Of a DNA stretch of 64,000 bases, positions 61,059 through 64,000 are shown piece by piece (within the stretch, counting starts at the first letter, position 1; the number at the start of each line of letters is the position of its first letter). Both the position numbers and the translations under genes were made by a program. The notes beneath the pieces are model-generated. The model did not search any database, had not been told where the DNA came from, and saw only the letters and a list, made by a program, of their open reading frames with translations. Location: positions 32,001 through 96,000 of the forward strand of contig CAWKAR010000028.1 in assembly GCA_963847625.1 (NCBI GenBank), in the 5' to 3' direction. The stretch comes from a candidate division FCPU426 bacterium. Its GTDB lineage: Bacteria > Oederibacteriota > Muellerivitia > Muellerivitales > Muellerivitaceae.

Positions 61059-62213
61059 TTATTTCCAAATTCCAGGGATCTTTTCCCCGCATCGGGGGCA
61101 GTGGCCGTCCTTCAAGATGTTCCTCTCCACGAGAAATCCGTTGCGTTGGATAAGAAGCGAGCCGCATTGGGGGCAATAGGTGTTTTCCCCGTCGCTTCCT
61201 GGCACGTTGCCCAGGTACACGTACCTCAGGCCTTCCCTGCGGGCGATGGCCCGGGCTTTCTCCAGGGTTTCCACCGGCGTGGGCGGCAGGTACTGGAGCC
61301 GGTAGTCGGGATGGAACCTCGAGAAAAAGAGGGGCGTATCCGGCCCCAGATTGTCCTTCACCCAACGGCTTAACCGGACAAAATCCTCCTCCCGGTCGTT
61401 TCGCTGGGGCACGACCAGGTTCACGACCTCCGTGAGAACACCCTGCTCCTTTAAAATCAGCAGGGTAGCCAGGACATTGGAGAGTTCCCCGCCGACCTCC
61501 TTCCGGTAAAATTCCGGGTCCATCCCTTTCAGATCCACCTTCACCACATCCAGGTAGGGCGCCAGCTTCCTCAGGGGTTCGGGATTGATGTAACCCGACG
61601 TCACCACGACGTTGCGAAGCCCCTTTTCCTTGGCCAACTTGGCGGTCTCCAGCATGTACTCGTAGAAAATGGCCGGTTCGGAATAGGTAAAAGCAATGGA
61701 AGGAATCCTGCTTTCCACCGCCTGCTCCACCAACTTCTCCGGCGGCAACCATTGCGCCTCCCCGGCCGATTCTGGATCAGCCTGGGAAAGGGTCCAGTTC
61801 TGGCAGAAAGTGCATTTCAAGGGGCAGCCGGTGGACGCGACGGAAAGGATGGGGGATCCCGGCAGCATATGGAACACGGGTTTTTTCTCGATGGGGTCCA
61901 CCGCCAGGGCCGCAGCTTGGCCGTAGACTTCAGTATAGAGAACTCCATCCTGGTTCATCCGGACGCGGCACCTGCCCTTGGCGCCCTCGGGAATGTAACA
62001 CCGGAAAGGGCAAAGGCCGCATTTCACCCCCAGGTCGGCCTTGTCCCAATAAAGAGCTTCCCGGACAAAGGAATCGCCCGGAACCCGGCCGCCGAACAGG
62101 CGCGGGGTTCCCTGGAGGAAGAACTGGGCCGTGAAAAACAGGGAAAACACTAATGAGACCCAGAGGGGCATGGCTGAAAATCCCAGGAAAGAAAATCGAT
62201 TCTTAGGCCCCAT
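61059..62213 (-). CDS. amrS: AmmeMemoRadiSam system radical SAM enzyme
   Basis: CGLCPFRC, DPIEKKP.FH, GCPLKCTFCQNW, AFTYSEP, SRFHPDY, YVYLGNVPG, T.CPQCG...CPRCG. Confidence 0.93.
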   Translation of the reverse strand: MGPKNRFSFLGFSAMPLWVSLVFSLFFTAQFFLQGTPRLFGGRVPGDSFVREALYWDKADLGVKCGLCPFRCYIPEGAKGRCRVRMNQDGVLYTEVYGQAAALAVDPIEKKPVFHMLPGSPILSVASTGCPLKCTFCQNWTLSQADPESAGEAQWLPPEKLVEQAVESRIPSIAFTYSEPAIFYEYMLETAKLAKEKGLRNVVVTSGYINPEPLRKLAPYLDVVKVDLKGMDPEFYRKEVGGELSNVLATLLILKEQGVLTEVVNLVVPQRNDREEDFVRLSRWVKDNLGPDTPLFFSRFHPDYRLQYLPPTPVETLEKARAIARREGLRYVYLGNVPGSDGENTYCPQCGSLLIQRNGFLVERNILKDGHCPRCGEKIPGIWK

Positions 62214-64000
62214 GGCTTCGCCTCCATTCCCAAAGGGACAATCCCGCGGCCACCGTCGCGCCTACGGTTTGGGCCAAGGATGTGCCTCCCAAGGGAATAA
62301 GAACAAAGGGCACAAGCAGGGCTGCCAGCCCCGAGCCGAAAAGGTCGAAAGCGTAAAGGCTGGTACCCGCTTCCGAAGCCGGGATTTGGCCCCCTGATTC
62401 ACGGACCACCAGGGTGAAGAAAACTCCCGAAAACGCGCCGCCCAAGAGGTTCAAGGAAATGGCCAAGGCATCCACCCATAAGAAGGAAATTTCCTGGTTC
62501 ATTCCCCGAAGCAAGCCCGAGCAGGCTCCCCAGAGTACCAATCCCAGCAGGGACAGCGCGAAACCTTTGGACCAACGATTCACTTCCTCCATACCGCTCA
62601 GGTAACGAAGAACAGCCCAGGCTCCAAGGGCCGTGCCTAACATAAAGGCGCCTGTCAAAACGGAAAATCTTTCAAACAGGTATCCGCACAATCCTTGGTA
62701 ATCCTCCAAAAGTGGAACCTCGATGGCTATGACCGCAAATCCCGCGAGAAAAAGCGCCATTGACCTCTTCCCCGCCTTGAATGCTCCCAAAAGGCCCTGC
62801 CAGCGGCGGAGCAGGAGAAAAAGGAGAATCACGGATAAAAATAACGGAATCACCCATGCGGAGCCGCTATCCTTCCGGATCCATCGGCTGAACGAAGCCC
62901 GGTATAAAGCGGACCCGGAGGCGTTATTGAGGGGGTCCTGAATCGAAGGCTTGGTCCAATCGTCGAATCGTTTTATCCGGCTAGGGTCCAGATAATGGGT
63001 GATCCAAGCGCTGTTGATTTCCCCGGTATTGATTTGGAGGCCCTCCCATCGCCGAATTGCTTTCTGCGGGTCAAAGTTGAAAGGCTTGCCGGAAGCTAAC
63101 AGGTAAAACCTCTCGCCCGGGACAAAGGCCACGTAAGGATAGGCGCTCTCCAACGTGCGCCGGAGGATCCTCAGGCCCCTTAAAGTACCGGAGTCCGGTA
63201 AATTTTCCTCGTAAGGCAGGGAAAGGGCCACCATGCCCCCGGGCGCCAGGCGGTCTCTCAAGTTCTCCAGGAAGCGGTACGAGAAAAACCGGTTCTCGGA
63301 TACGGACCTGGGAAAATCCTTCGACAACAGGATCAGGTCGAAGGGCCCTCCCGCCGTCTGGAGATTCCGGAAGGGGTCCGTTAAAACCGTCTCTAGCCGC
63401 GTTGGGGGGACCGCGCCGATCATTTTTCGGATGGATTCCATGAGGAATTTATAAAGGTTTCTATCCGGAAAAATCGAGGTGACGACCGCGGGGTTTAACC
63501 GGAACAGCTCTTGGATGAGTGGCGGTGGTGGAAACCCGGGGATCAGGATTTTTTCGGTTTTCTCCCGCAACAGCGCCGGAAGAAACGCCTCTTCCTCCCA
63601 GGAAACCGTCCTAGGATCGAACATCACTTCCCCGTTGTAATAGGCCAAGGTCTGGCCCGCGTCCGCGACCCGCTCCAAGGCGCCGTAGCGGGATTGGGAG
63701 ACTTCCATCAGTTTGGAACCCCGGAATTGTTCCATCCGGCTGTACAGGACCGCGATTCCGCTTCCGAAATAAACCAATACGAGCCAAAGGGCCAGGATCA
63801 CCAGAGACTTGTATTCCCCGCTATTTCTCTTAGAGATCATGATGAAAGCCAGGGGGACGAAAGTAATCCAGAGGCCAATTTCCAATCCATCCACCCGGCC
63901 TACTAAAGCGAAGGCATATAAAATCCCACCTCCAAAAGCACCCGCCGCCTCGTATAGGTACGCCAGGGCCATGTCACCTTTTTCGGAGGGGAAAGCCTTT
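62203..64000 (-). CDS. Membrane protein fused to a spermidine-synthase-like domain (5' end outside the window)
   Basis: Frame stays open to the window edge; YLYEAAGAFGG, SQSRYG, DPF...FDLIL...P....NRFFS..F....RDRLAPGG; C-terminal TMs with YAFDLFGS. Confidence 0.75.
   Translation of the reverse strand, partial: KAFPSEKGDMALAYLYEAAGAFGGGILYAFALVGRVDGLEIGLWITFVPLAFIMISKRNSGEYKSLVILALWLVLVYFGSGIAVLYSRMEQFRGSKLMEVSQSRYGALERVADAGQTLAYYNGEVMFDPRTVSWEEEAFLPALLREKTEKILIPGFPPPPLIQELFRLNPAVVTSIFPDRNLYKFLMESIRKMIGAVPPTRLETVLTDPFRNLQTAGGPFDLILLSKDFPRSVSENRFFSYRFLENLRDRLAPGGMVALSLPYEENLPDSGTLRGLRILRRTLESAYPYVAFVPGERFYLLASGKPFNFDPQKAIRRWEGLQINTGEINSAWITHYLDPSRIKRFDDWTKPSIQDPLNNASGSALYRASFSRWIRKDSGSAWVIPLFLSVILLFLLLRRWQGLLGAFKAGKRSMALFLAGFAVIAIEVPLLEDYQGLCGYLFERFSVLTGAFMLGTALGAWAVLRYLSGMEEVNRWSKGFALSLLGLVLWGACSGLLRGMNQEISFLWVDALAISLNLLGGAFSGVFFTLVVRESGGQIPASEAGTSLYAFDLFGSGLAALLVPFVLIPLGGTSLAQTVGATVAAGLSLWEWRRSHGA

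Overview
A 64-kb chromosomal window from a bacterium that is probably diderm. Housekeeping genes (typA partial, ilvD, hisG, rlmN, cls, rpe, ffh, comM/yifB, amrS) are interleaved with a family of eight large secreted proteins built on one plan: signal peptide or anchor, then a catalytic or beta-propeller head (3 SBBP-repeat proteins, a GH74, a GH74-like propeller, a GH44, two GH12), then a Thr-X-Thr-X stalk of about 35 to about 1020 aa, then a ~90-aa C-terminal domain resembling T9SS type-A/FlgD-Ig sorting domains, in two subclasses. A TMTC-like GT-C+TPR glycosyltransferase lies between the two GH12 genes, and related LacI-type palindromes lie upstream of both. Together these suggest (inference) a surface-displayed, O-glycosylated 'enzyme-on-a-stalk' beta-glucan foraging system. 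The SBBP trio (4.3-15.2 kb) has conserved ends and divergent propellers. Copy 1 is intact, copy 2 is split at a G7 tract, and copy 3 is interrupted by an IS30 whose removal restores the frame. Next to it is an unexplained ~600-bp composite repeat zone (periods 21-22, 42-43, 21 and 8 bp) downstream of a nucleotidyltransferase/small-protein pair. Also present: a RelE/XRE toxin-antitoxin pair, a 130-bp MITE-like insertion with an empty-site comparator, and an 8-PAS kinase/NtrC pair followed by a near-consensus sigma-54 promoter ahead of three small genes. No rRNA, tRNA, CRISPR or cas genes were recognised. The architecture recalls uncultured lineages such as FCPU426, but taxonomy cannot be established here. 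All family calls are motif recognition by eye, not database searches.
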